A DNA stretch of 64,000 nucleotides from Patescibacteria group bacterium (GTDB lineage: Bacteria > Patescibacteriota > Microgenomatia > UBA1400 > MFAQ01), in NCBI GenBank assembly GCA_943355005.1, contig CALRDV010000003.1, forward strand, positions 8,590-72,589. Direction: 5' to 3'. A program made the position numbers and the translations under genes. Below the pieces are notes generated by a model. The model saw only the letters and a program-made list of their open reading frames with translations. It had not been told where the DNA came from and ran no database searches. Of the stretch, positions 16,858 to 26,576 are shown in pieces. The stretch's first letter is position 1, and the number at the start of each line of letters is the position of its first letter.

Positions 16858-19254
16858 TTAGACCTTTGTATTGTCTACTTTAGTAACCTCGCCGGTATCG
16901 ATAGGCAGAGTAAAGGAGAAAACTGAACCCTGACCTTCGACAGAACTTTCAAGCTTTAGTTCTCCGTGCATACCTTCCGCCATAAGTTTAGAAATGTAAA
17001 GACCGAGTCCGGTGCCGCTAACGGTATCGCGGGTAAAAAGACTGGAACCGGCTTGTTGAAATTTGTGGAAGAGCAAACTTTGTTGTTTTAGAGGTATGCC
17101 ACGACCGGTATCGGAAACCAGGACTTTGACAAAGCCCTGCAGGACTTCAGTAGTTATTTTGATTCCGCCTTTGTCTGTAAACTTCAAAGCGTTACCTACT
17201 AAATTGATAATTATTTCTCGGACTTTGTCTGAGTCACAGATTACTTTTGGAAGATTGGGTAAAGGTGTGTACTCAAGTGAAATATTTTTGACCTCGGAAC
17301 CAGCCTTGTAGTCTGTGACTGTTTCGGTGATGAGAGTGTCTAGTTCTATGGGTTTCAAGTCGTAAATCATCTTTCCTTGCTCAAGGCGACTCACGTTTAA
17401 GAATTCATTGACGATGCGGATAAGACGGGTGCTCGATTTGTGAATGTCGTCAATCATCGTATTTAGCTCAGGGTCTTTGATGGCATCAGGATAGTAATCT
17501 TGAATCATAGAGATGTTGCCTCTAATGGCTGTGAGAGGGGTTCTTAGCTCGTGGCTGGCAATAGAGAAAAATTCGTCTTTGGAGCGTTCCAGTATTTTAG
17601 CTTCGGTAATGTCTTCAAAAAGTAAGATACTCCCGAGGTTACTTGCTTTTTCGTTTGATTGGGAAATAGGTAAGATGTTAGAGATGGGCACAAACGAAAT
17701 TTTTAAAGTCTTGGATCCATAATCAACTTCACCTTCGACTAAGACTGATTTATTTTCTTTGTGAAAAGCTTTATGAAGTTCGTGAAGGTTTGAATCTTTG
17801 GGAAATTTATTAAAGATATCCTCAGAACTGTTGATTTCGTTGGCCGTCATACCGAGAATGTCCAAGGATTTCTTGTTTAGGAATGATATGTGATGAGAAT
17901 CATCAACCATGACGAAACCGATAGGAAGACTGGAGATGGAAGCAGTTAGCTTAGTCTTCGCATTAGTGAGTTCCTCGGTTCGTTCGTCCACTTTTCTCTC
18001 GATATTTTCCTTTTCTGTTTTTAGCTGGTGTTCCAGATCTCTGGCGTCTTCAAGTAGATTTAGAACGGCGTAGTCTTTCTGTTCGAGTTTTTGATTGAGA
18101 GAGGACAGTTCGGTGATCTTTACGGATAGCTCGCTGGTTTTTTGTTTCACCTTTTCTTCCAAATCAGTATAAGATTCTTTCAGTCTTTGGCTCATGGAAT
18201 TGAAGGCTTGGGTCACTTCTCCAATTTCATCTCCGGAAACATCGAGTGGTTTGTCGCTGTAATTTCCGAGTTTAATTTTGTTCGCTTCGTTTCGCAATTC
18301 TTCTATGGGTTTCAGGATTAACTTGCTTAGGTAATATCCCAATGTTCCTACAACGATTGACAGTATCCCTATAGAGTAGGCTAGATTTTTAGCTAGTTGG
18401 TTTAGTGGGGCAAGAACTTCCGATAGGTCAATTTTGGTTACAAGACAAGATTTGAGTTCTGGTACCCATTTCCAGAACCCGAGAGCTTTGTCTCCGTGGT
18501 AGTCTATTACTTCGTCACTGATGGACGCTCCTGCTAGACACTCTTTGACTTGAGGGCGAAAGATTACTTTCTTTAGCTCTAATCCTGGCTCTTTTAGTAG
18601 TTCTGTGACTGTGACAGATGATGAGTTTATCAAAAACGTCTCTCCTGTATTACCGAAGCCTGAGCGTTCCATCATCAGTTTATTGATTTCGGAGATGTCA
18701 ATGTTGCCGACTAATAAACTTGACAATGAACCGTTGACGTTCTTAATAGGGCTGGTAATGGTGAGAATCGTGATGCCTGTGCTTGAATCGTAGCTAAAAT
18801 ACTGAGTTTCTGTTTGGGCTTGTGTTTGAGGGTTCAAAAAATATTCTTCACTGGTTTTAATTTTGCCCTCATCTTTCTCTTCGGTGGAAATAACCACTTG
18901 TCCGGCTTGGTCTAATATATAGAGGCTTGAAAATAAGGTTCTTTGGCTTAATATCTCGAGCAGCTCTGTCTTGATTAGTTCTTTGTCTACTTCCTTTTTG
19001 TTTAGTAAGTAACGTTGCACAATTTCTTTGTTTGTACTGTTGGTAGCCAAAAAATTTAGTTGGCTTTTTGCTCTGTTTAGAAAAGAGAGGATGCTTTGTT
19101 CTTTTAAAGTGGAGATGCTTTGAGTCTGAGATCTGGTTTGATTTAGAAGAGTTTCCCTTACTGTTCTAAACGCAATAAAACCACCGATGCAACTGATTAA
19201 TATAACTACGACTTCTATGGAAATAACTAATTTTTGGGTCAACCTTAGTTTCAT
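16858..19254 (-). CDS. Sensor histidine kinase (dCache-HAMP-PAS-HisKA-HATPase)
   Basis: ASHELRTPL, NLVGNALKFT, DTGRGI, GTGLGL; HAMP DEIGEV...FNSM. Confidence 0.93.
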   Translation of the reverse strand: MKLRLTQKLVISIEVVVILISCIGGFIAFRTVRETLLNQTRSQTQSISTLKEQSILSFLNRAKSQLNFLATNSTNKEIVQRYLLNKKEVDKELIKTELLEILSQRTLFSSLYILDQAGQVVISTEEKDEGKIKTSEEYFLNPQTQAQTETQYFSYDSSTGITILTITSPIKNVNGSLSSLLVGNIDISEINKLMMERSGFGNTGETFLINSSSVTVTELLKEPGLELKKVIFRPQVKECLAGASISDEVIDYHGDKALGFWKWVPELKSCLVTKIDLSEVLAPLNQLAKNLAYSIGILSIVVGTLGYYLSKLILKPIEELRNEANKIKLGNYSDKPLDVSGDEIGEVTQAFNSMSQRLKESYTDLEEKVKQKTSELSVKITELSSLNQKLEQKDYAVLNLLEDARDLEHQLKTEKENIERKVDERTEELTNAKTKLTASISSLPIGFVMVDDSHHISFLNKKSLDILGMTANEINSSEDIFNKFPKDSNLHELHKAFHKENKSVLVEGEVDYGSKTLKISFVPISNILPISQSNEKASNLGSILLFEDITEAKILERSKDEFFSIASHELRTPLTAIRGNISMIQDYYPDAIKDPELNTMIDDIHKSSTRLIRIVNEFLNVSRLEQGKMIYDLKPIELDTLITETVTDYKAGSEVKNISLEYTPLPNLPKVICDSDKVREIIINLVGNALKFTDKGGIKITTEVLQGFVKVLVSDTGRGIPLKQQSLLFHKFQQAGSSLFTRDTVSGTGLGLYISKLMAEGMHGELKLESSVEGQGSVFSFTLPIDTGEVTKVDNTKV

Positions 19255-19260
19255 GAGGGG

Positions 19261-20268
19261 TTATTTCAGGTAAATAGCTTCTAAAAATTGGAGGTCGTAG
19301 ATGTCTTTGATCTGGATTGGCTTATCTAGAATATTTTGTTCCAGCAAGATTTTTTGGGCTTGTTCCCATTTTTCTTTTTCCATCATGCCTATCGGTAGTC
19401 TTCCCGTCAAGATTAGTGGAACTGAGGATTCCAACATGTATTTTTCGTGAGAAGCACTGCTTTTGGGGGCATATTTTAGGGTAATATCAACTGCTTCATC
19501 TATGTTTTCTATGGCGTACTGCCAGCCCTTAAGAGTAGCCTTGAGAAAGCTGAGGACTTGTTCCGGTTTTGAGGCTATAGTTTCTTCTGAGGTAATAACA
19601 ATGTCGGCATACATATTTACTCCGTAATCAGAAGCCAGTATGGTGTTTACTTTCTGGCCGGCTTCCAAGACCATGTGAGGTTCATTGATGATGTAGCCGG
19701 TAGACACATCAGACGTTCCGTTTAGAAGTTCGGTGGCGTCATGACCAATTGGAATCTCCTTGATTTTACTTCGGTCTATATTTAATTTCTTCATCATGGC
19801 TAGATATAGATACTCTACGTTTTGGCCCATCTGAATGCCCACTGTTTTTCCGATAAAATCTTGTGGTTTGGTAATACCACTTTTTTTCAGTGAGTAGGCG
19901 GTAACCGGGTTTGTTTTGTATATCACGGCAATGGCGCGAACAGGAACTCCCTTGGCTCTGGCCAGAATAAGTTCGTCGGCTCCGGTAATGCCATACTGAG
20001 CTTTTCCGGAAACTACAAGATCAATAGATGATTGTCCTTTGATGACAAAGGGGAGTAAGTTCACATCCAAGGCTTCATCGCGGTAAAAGCCTTTTTCTAC
20101 GGCTACGTAGTTGCCGGCGAACTGGGCCTGGTGAAGCCATTTAAGGGCAACATTAATTTTTTCTGTCGGTCTAGCAAGGTTTTTCTTGCTTTGAATCGTG
20201 TATGGCGTAAAAATGAAAGCTGCAACGGCTATGAAAGCTAGTAAGGAGAGAAGCACTACTTTTTTCAT
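19261..20268 (-). CDS. NMT1/THI5-like substrate-binding protein
   Basis: LKWLHQAQFAGNYVA..KGFY, KPQDFIGKTVG, FLKATLKGW. Confidence 0.85.
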   Translation of the reverse strand: MKKVVLLSLLAFIAVAAFIFTPYTIQSKKNLARPTEKINVALKWLHQAQFAGNYVAVEKGFYRDEALDVNLLPFVIKGQSSIDLVVSGKAQYGITGADELILARAKGVPVRAIAVIYKTNPVTAYSLKKSGITKPQDFIGKTVGIQMGQNVEYLYLAMMKKLNIDRSKIKEIPIGHDATELLNGTSDVSTGYIINEPHMVLEAGQKVNTILASDYGVNMYADIVITSEETIASKPEQVLSFLKATLKGWQYAIENIDEAVDITLKYAPKSSASHEKYMLESSVPLILTGRLPIGMMEKEKWEQAQKILLEQNILDKPIQIKDIYDLQFLEAIYLK

Positions 20269-21800
20269 TTATTCTCCGAGGTTGTTTTTAATGACTCAAT
20301 CTCTTTTTTTAGTTCGGCCATCTTTAGTTCTCGACCTACCATTAGGGAGTTGAGTTTTTCTAGTTTTTCTAGATTTTCGTTTAGCACCAGGTCTGATTTC
20401 TTTTTCTCAGTGATGTCGTCTTCGATAGCGACATAGCCCTTGAGAATGCCGGTGTAGTCGATGATGGGGGAGATGGTGGCCATGGCAGTATAAAGCTCTC
20501 CACTTTGACGTTTGTTGGTCACTTCACCTTTAAATACTTGTTTCCTGGTTTTGATTGTGTCCCAAAGAGATACATAAAATTCGGGGGTCATTTGCCTGCC
20601 CCAGAGTCTGGGTGTCTTGCCTGCCATTTCAGAGAAACTGAAGCCGGTCATGATTTCGGCCGCGTGATTGGCGTAAAGTATCTTGCCGTCCGGGTCGGTG
20701 ATGATAATGTGACTGTTTGAGCTATCGACTGCCATCTGGATGGTCTGTAGGGAATCAAGCATTTCGTTTATCTTGTTTCTAAGATTGTCGACTTCATCAT
20801 TTCCTGTGGTAGATGTAAGTCTTTTGTTCGATTTTGCTGAGCCGGCGATGGACTCGACTTCTTTGGAAAGTGTAAAGACTTTACTGATGATAAATTTCCC
20901 GAGTACAAAATTGAGTAAGGCTACCAAAAGTAAACTAGCGACTCCAAAGATGGTGAGCAAAAGGACGGTGGTGTTGTGTCCTTGAATAGTGATATCTCTT
21001 TGGATGTCGGTTCTTACTATGGCCTGGGGCTGTCCATATACATCTTTGATAATGTAGTACCCGGAAATAATGTCTTTGTTAAGAGCATTTACGAATTGTT
21101 GATTTCCCTTTTTTAAATAGGCATTTTTGGCTTCTAGGTAGTCCGGGGTCATCTTTGGGTCATCCCACAAATAAGTGGAGGCTTCAAATTGGGTTAGTTC
21201 TCTTAAGGAGTCAATTACCCCTTCGTCGAAATACTTAGCAAATACAATACTGCCTTTGGGGGTACCTTTGCCATTGGTTAAATAGACATCTCTGATGACA
21301 AATAAAATAAGACCATCTTCTGTTCTGATGAAGCCTTGGTTGTTTTTGGTTTCGGTATTGATGTTTAAAAGTGCACTGCCGGTGGCAAAGTGCTTATACA
21401 GATCTTCGGGAAAATTAGTTTCATTGGTTATTTTAGATTTTGGCCCTTTTACCATAGCACTGGTGACAAGAACGCCGCTTTTGTCTACAAAAAGTACTTC
21501 ATCTACATTAGTTGGTATTAAGGCGTCCTGACTAAGATTTGCAGAGACATATTGTGGGTTTCTGTCCTCTAAAAAATTATAAGAATCATCCCAGATAGAC
21601 CAAGCTAAAAGACTGGAGTCGATTTTGGCCAAACTGTTCTTGATTACAGCGTCGACTCTTTGAATGTTATACTCGGTTCTTTGATTTTCAATTTCTTGGA
21701 ACCTATTGACTATGAATGGGTAAAAGAAGGCTGAAATCAGAGAGGTAAAGCCTATTGCCAAAATTACGGAAGTGATAGCTGTCTTTTTTTGTAGTGTCAT
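20265..21800 (-). CDS. CHASE4-HAMP-PAS membrane sensor without a kinase domain
   Basis: WSIWDDSYNF (CHASE4), HAMP DEV..L...IN.ML, PAS ITDPDGKILYAN, ends MVGRELKMAELK. Confidence 0.8.
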   Translation of the reverse strand: MTLQKKTAITSVILAIGFTSLISAFFYPFIVNRFQEIENQRTEYNIQRVDAVIKNSLAKIDSSLLAWSIWDDSYNFLEDRNPQYVSANLSQDALIPTNVDEVLFVDKSGVLVTSAMVKGPKSKITNETNFPEDLYKHFATGSALLNINTETKNNQGFIRTEDGLILFVIRDVYLTNGKGTPKGSIVFAKYFDEGVIDSLRELTQFEASTYLWDDPKMTPDYLEAKNAYLKKGNQQFVNALNKDIISGYYIIKDVYGQPQAIVRTDIQRDITIQGHNTTVLLLTIFGVASLLLVALLNFVLGKFIISKVFTLSKEVESIAGSAKSNKRLTSTTGNDEVDNLRNKINEMLDSLQTIQMAVDSSNSHIIITDPDGKILYANHAAEIMTGFSFSEMAGKTPRLWGRQMTPEFYVSLWDTIKTRKQVFKGEVTNKRQSGELYTAMATISPIIDYTGILKGYVAIEDDITEKKKSDLVLNENLEKLEKLNSLMVGRELKMAELKKEIESLKTTSENK

Positions 21801-21801
21801 A

Positions 21802-23367
21802 TTATTTTAATTGAGAACTAATATAGCGGGCAATAAGGTAGGAGGGGAGAAAGGAAAATATAATTAGAATGACGGTGATCAAGAAGGTAATCTCAATGGA
21901 TTTGCCTGCTGTGGCAAAGATGCTGGCAGATGGTCTACCGGCAAAGATCATACCCACGGTTTCATTGTTGGAGTCTTTAAGTGGGTGATATGCGGCGAAG
22001 TAGGAAGTGTTAAGTAGGTTTATTTGACCTGAATAATTTTTTCCTTGTAGTAGGACGAGGTTGGAAATATTCTTGTTGGTATTTTTGATACCAATTGGAC
22101 GGCTTAAATTTTTGGTGTCGTTAATGGTAGTCGCAGAAAGTGTTTCTCCGCCATAAAGACCGATTTCTAGACCTGTGGCTTTTTGGATACCATCAAGGAA
22201 GTTGTTGTCAAGGGTTTGTGAGGAGAAGATAACGCCGATGACCTTTCCGTCCAGTTTGATGGGAGTGGCTGACCTAACGGCGACGATAGGTGAGATGGCA
22301 GAATCTGTCGTGCTAATAGAAGAAATACTTTCGCCAATCATGGCTCGCTTAAAGAGTGAGTCTCCGGAAAGAGAATCTCCCACACGTTCGCGGTCTTCGC
22401 CTCTGGCCAAGACTTGGCCATACTCATTTGCGATAATAAGACTGCTTAATTTCTGAGAGATAAGAATACTTTCTGCAGCCGGAGCCAGAATTTTTTTATC
22501 ACTACTGCCGATGGCCGTGATGATGTTGGAATTTTGGGCCAAAATCGAAGCCGAGGCCAGAGTTTCGGATTTTTTGGCATCCAGAGCATAGGAAAGCACA
22601 GAAACGTCAGTAGAGAGTCTGGCTAGAGTTTCTTCTGAAATATTTTTCAGCAGTAGGAAGGTGAAAGAAACAGTAGTCAAAAGAAATATCGCTAGGGTGG
22701 TGGTGGTGAAAATTATAAATAGCTGAGTGTTTATGCGCTTAAGTAAGTAGAAGAAGGCCCACTTGATAAGTATCGCCGAGCCGAGAAGAAGAACGAGGTG
22801 GGCTGCAATCCAGATGGGTCCAAGAGGGGCTACCAGATGAAAAATATCGATATTTGTACTTTTACTAAAAAGATCGGGAATACAAAGGAGTTCAAAAAAT
22901 GCAGTTAAGAAAAAGGCGTACGAGACATTCTTGGTATGATCTTCGAGACCAATAGTAGCCCGACGGAGATAAAGCCAGGCTGCGGTGACAGCCAAAATGG
23001 GAGCCGTAAGGTGGGGAATGGCTATGTTAAAAATGGCAACGGCTGCTAGCTTTGGCTTGTCGATAAGAGGGTCGGAGATAAGTCCGGCAAGCAGAAATAA
23101 ATAGCCAAGATTGCGTAAGATAAGCGAAATCTTCTCACTTAGATCGCCTCCGAGATTAACAGAGGTAAGTCCGGGGGATTCGATGAGTACAGCATGAGCC
23201 AAGAAAGAAAGGGAGATTAAGAGGAAGCCGGTAATCTTGAGACCCTCTTTGAAGGTTCTTCTTTCCTGCCAGGCGTCTAGATAAAGCCAAAAAATAGAAA
23301 AAAATGCCAAGGCCGCAAAAATACTTGTGGCAAAGTGAAAGTTCTCGAGTAAGAATTGAGAAAACAT
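21802..23367 (-). CDS. Polytopic membrane protein with a Cache-like extracellular domain and no output domain
   Basis: About 7 TM, periplasmic domain (YFAAYHPLKD..VGMIFAG), final TM then stop. Confidence 0.7.
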   Translation of the reverse strand: MFSQFLLENFHFATSIFAALAFFSIFWLYLDAWQERRTFKEGLKITGFLLISLSFLAHAVLIESPGLTSVNLGGDLSEKISLILRNLGYLFLLAGLISDPLIDKPKLAAVAIFNIAIPHLTAPILAVTAAWLYLRRATIGLEDHTKNVSYAFFLTAFFELLCIPDLFSKSTNIDIFHLVAPLGPIWIAAHLVLLLGSAILIKWAFFYLLKRINTQLFIIFTTTTLAIFLLTTVSFTFLLLKNISEETLARLSTDVSVLSYALDAKKSETLASASILAQNSNIITAIGSSDKKILAPAAESILISQKLSSLIIANEYGQVLARGEDRERVGDSLSGDSLFKRAMIGESISSISTTDSAISPIVAVRSATPIKLDGKVIGVIFSSQTLDNNFLDGIQKATGLEIGLYGGETLSATTINDTKNLSRPIGIKNTNKNISNLVLLQGKNYSGQINLLNTSYFAAYHPLKDSNNETVGMIFAGRPSASIFATAGKSIEITFLITVILIIFSFLPSYLIARYISSQLK

Positions 23368-25512
23368 TTAATTTAAGATTTTTTTAAGTAAATTTGTTTG
23401 GTCGAGATATCCAACGATCACTTCTTTAATAATACCTTTTCTGTCGACAATTAGGTGGGTAGGTAAAGTTTCCAATGAGAGTGGGGCTACCAGAATTCCG
23501 TCAGGATCGGCTATGAGTGGGACACTGTTGCCGCCTAGTTTTTGGAAAATATCGGTTTTGGAGACGGATTCTTGGATGGTGACGGCGAAAACATTTACCC
23601 CGGTGTTCGATATGTGGAATCTATCGAGAGCCAGAAGCTGATCTGAAGTGGACGGTTCCCAGCTGGTGATAAAAGAAATTACCGATGGTTTCCCCAGTAG
23701 GGAAGTGTTGCTAAATGAATAGTTTGGAGAGCTTAAATCAAAGTCGGGAAGTGGTTTGCCTATCAGTGTGTTCGTGGTACTGGTGGGTGAAGCGGAAGGG
23801 CTCAAATAAGAGACCGTTTTGGACAACCATCTACCCCAAAATCCGGCAGGGGTAAGAGAAAAAGATTGATTTATTATTGTGGGGGAGTTGGTTTCGAAAA
23901 TTTCTGTCCTTTGTTTCTGTTTGCTGTTTGATTCGACTTCGAGATAATATTTTCCGGCAGGTAGAATCAATTTGTATGTTCCGTCTTTGTCGGTATGTTG
24001 CGGATTTTGCTGAAGATAGGGCTCTCCGTCCCACAAGATATAGTCGTTAAGATTTTTTTCGTAGGCAAATACTTTAATTTTGGCCTGAGGGATAGTGGTA
24101 GTATCTTTGGCTGTGATTTTCCCCGGAGAGTTTACGATGATGGTGCTTAAGTATCTGTCTGTGTTGTTTTTGGCGCCATCGACAGAATGGGTCTTTAGTT
24201 TGAAACTTCCGGCTTCATTGATTACCAACGTTCCGGACCACAGACCACTTTCGGGATTTTTTGTCAGAGAAGTTTTCGTAGTGTCAAAAAATAAATCAAG
24301 ACTTGTAGGACCTCCAACGGCTGAGAGAACTATTTTTAGTGGGAGGCCGGCCAGAGTGTAGATGTTTCCGGCTTGATCGGGTCTTAAGATCATGGGTCCG
24401 ATGGCAAAGAAGGCTCCGCCGACTTGTGGTGGAAGCCGATCGATAATCATGGTGTGGTTTTTGGTGCTACTCGTGTTGCCGGAAAGATCTTTGACGCGAA
24501 CCTTGACTAAATAGTTTCCATCGTCCAGTTTGCCAGGGGTAAACTCATAAGTGCCGGTTTTTTTGCCTATACCTACAGCGAAGTCCACGGGTAACCAGTT
24601 CTTTCCTCCATCTAGGGAATAATCTATTTGAGAGATGCCGGCATTTACAGAACCTTCGTCAGAAACTTTACCCGTAATAATTGGAGCTTCGGTGAATATT
24701 TTTGAGAGGTCTGTTCCGAGTGTAATTTTGGGAGAATTAGTATCTTTTAAAATTATTGGAGGTGGGGCTGCGGTGGTTACCGTCACAGTTGTGGTCGTTA
24801 CTGTGGTGACACTGGCGGCTGAGGTGGTAAAGGTAGTGTTCACGGTGGAAGTAGTTCCTCCACTGCCAACTACAGTAATCAGATAGTGATATAAAGTGCT
24901 TGCGGACAAACCTGAAAGAGTAGTACTGTGAGAAGTTCCCGAAGATGTGGTGGTTGTAGAACCATAACTTGTGGTTTGGCCATAACTTACGGTACCGATG
25001 GAGGCGTAATTGGTAGTCCAAGAAAGACTTGCGGAACTATTCCCAATAGATAGCCTGATATCGCTGATAGTTGGCGCGACTTCGTTAACCGCTGTTAGTC
25101 TGATAGTGCATGAATCCGGTGAGTCCCCGGTAGAGTTTTCGGCCGTTTGCCAAGTCCAGTCCACCGGTCCCTCTTCGGCTCCAAGTAGAGCTCCGGAGGA
25201 ATCAAGATGCACTTCTTCATTGGGATTTAAAGTGCCTAGGGAATAGGTGTAGTAATCGTATTCTGTAGACTGAGTCCAGCCAGCCTCCACAATAGTTTGG
25301 GGGATGAGGTCTAGTATGGGTGAGAAATTTGTGGGGATCTTGATCCAGGAAATCGGGTTTGAGCCGGTATTTTTTAAATTAACGATGAAACCGCCGCTGT
25401 TTGGGAAAATTGAACTGGTGCTTGAGGTAATTTCGCAAGTAGCATAAACTCTGCCGGATGATAAGAATATAAACAGTAGGAATAGTAGTAGGGCTCTTGT
25501 GAAACGGGGCAT
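23368..25512 (-). CDS. Secreted multidomain protein (Fn3/Ig-like domains plus a C-terminal thioredoxin-like domain lacking CxxC)
   Basis: Signal peptide; WTT...V.YG...YG..H...LSGL...TLYHY (Fn3); YSLDGGKNW; GKPLPDF.L...GKP.VISF.TSW. Confidence 0.7.
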   Translation of the reverse strand: MPRFTRALLLFLLFIFLSSGRVYATCEITSSTSSIFPNSGGFIVNLKNTGSNPISWIKIPTNFSPILDLIPQTIVEAGWTQSTEYDYYTYSLGTLNPNEEVHLDSSGALLGAEEGPVDWTWQTAENSTGDSPDSCTIRLTAVNEVAPTISDIRLSIGNSSASLSWTTNYASIGTVSYGQTTSYGSTTTTSSGTSHSTTLSGLSASTLYHYLITVVGSGGTTSTVNTTFTTSAASVTTVTTTTVTVTTAAPPPIILKDTNSPKITLGTDLSKIFTEAPIITGKVSDEGSVNAGISQIDYSLDGGKNWLPVDFAVGIGKKTGTYEFTPGKLDDGNYLVKVRVKDLSGNTSSTKNHTMIIDRLPPQVGGAFFAIGPMILRPDQAGNIYTLAGLPLKIVLSAVGGPTSLDLFFDTTKTSLTKNPESGLWSGTLVINEAGSFKLKTHSVDGAKNNTDRYLSTIIVNSPGKITAKDTTTIPQAKIKVFAYEKNLNDYILWDGEPYLQQNPQHTDKDGTYKLILPAGKYYLEVESNSKQKQRTEIFETNSPTIINQSFSLTPAGFWGRWLSKTVSYLSPSASPTSTTNTLIGKPLPDFDLSSPNYSFSNTSLLGKPSVISFITSWEPSTSDQLLALDRFHISNTGVNVFAVTIQESVSKTDIFQKLGGNSVPLIADPDGILVAPLSLETLPTHLIVDRKGIIKEVIVGYLDQTNLLKKILN

Positions 25513-25572
25513 TGATTAATAATAGTACAAAGTGGGTAAAAATTGCGGATTTCTAAGGTAAAATATACGTAC

Positions 25573-25648
25573 GCCGGGATAGCTCAGTTGGTAGAGCGCA
25601 TGTTTTGTAAACATGATGTCGTGGGTTCGATTCCCGCTCCCGGCTCCA
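25573..25648 (+). tRNA. tRNA-Thr(TGT)
   Basis: GCCGGGA/TCCCGGC acceptor stem, CATGT-TTTGTAA-ACATG anticodon arm, GGTTCGATTCC T-arm, encoded CCA. Confidence 0.97.
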
Positions 25649-25649
25649 A

Positions 25650-26078
25650 ATGGACTGTAAACAATGCGGCTGTTCAATAAAAAAGTACGCTTTTAAATAT
25701 TGCTCCAATCAGTGTCAGAGAAATTTCGAATATGGTGTGTTTGTAACTGATTGGAAATCAGGGGTTGTTACTGGCTCTGTCGGTTTAACAGCTAAAAATA
25801 TCTCTGGATATCTAAAAAGATATTTAGATGAAAAGTATGGGTTTAAATGCAGTTTGTGTGGATGGGATAAAGTGAACTCAGTAACAAATAGGGTACCTCT
25901 TGAAATAGATCATATTAATGGTGATTCTGAAGATAACAGCGAGATTAATCTTAGGGTTGTTTGTCCGAATTGTCACTCGCTTAGTTCTAATTATAAAAAC
26001 TTGAATCGTGGAAAAGGGAGAGTTTGGAGAAAGGATAAGTACATAAAAAATCCCCGTACGGGTGCACGGGGAGAGTGA
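25650..26078 (+). CDS. HNH endonuclease with an N-terminal Zn-binding motif
   Basis: CKQC...YCSNQC; CSLCG...LEIDHINGD..DN...NLRVVCPNCH. Confidence 0.9.
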   Translation: MDCKQCGCSIKKYAFKYCSNQCQRNFEYGVFVTDWKSGVVTGSVGLTAKNISGYLKRYLDEKYGFKCSLCGWDKVNSVTNRVPLEIDHINGDSEDNSEINLRVVCPNCHSLSSNYKNLNRGKGRVWRKDKYIKNPRTGARGE

Positions 26079-26534
26079 TTAACGAAAATCGCTTACAAGT
26101 TTGGCTTTGAAACTAATAATGTCGCCTTCCATATCCGGGATCCCAATACAAATGTCCATAAGGTCGATGCTATTTCTGTCTACCTCATAAAGACCTTTAC
26201 GGTATCTGATCTTGACGGTTTTGTATGGTTCCGGTTTCTTGGTACAGGAAGCGCTTCCTAAAATGTTTAATTGCTGCCTGTGTTCATAAAGAGCCCCTTC
26301 TTCTACATAGCCGATTTGATTTTCCCTCATGTCGGATACTTTGGTTTCTTTGTTTTGATTTGAAACCGGTTTCTTTTCCGACTTTTCCTTTTTGCCTGCT
26401 TTGTGCTTTTCGAAGGGTTTAACCGGATTCACCTGTCGGTGTTCTGTACAGAATATTTGGTTTGGGCTAATAGAAATCCCGCATTCTAAGCATTTGTATT
26501 TTTCGTAGACAAATGGAGGAATAGGGTTGTCCAT
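26079..26534 (-). CDS. Hypothetical protein with an N-terminal zinc ribbon (paralog family, copy 1)
   Basis: CLECG...FCTEH; shares its C-terminal domain with 28557 and 28952. Confidence 0.65.
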   Translation of the reverse strand: MDNPIPPFVYEKYKCLECGISISPNQIFCTEHRQVNPVKPFEKHKAGKKEKSEKKPVSNQNKETKVSDMRENQIGYVEEGALYEHRQQLNILGSASCTKKPEPYKTVKIRYRKGLYEVDRNSIDLMDICIGIPDMEGDIISFKAKLVSDFR

Positions 26535-26576
26535 GGGGACCTCCTTATATTTTAAATTTGCGATACTCTGGTGAGA

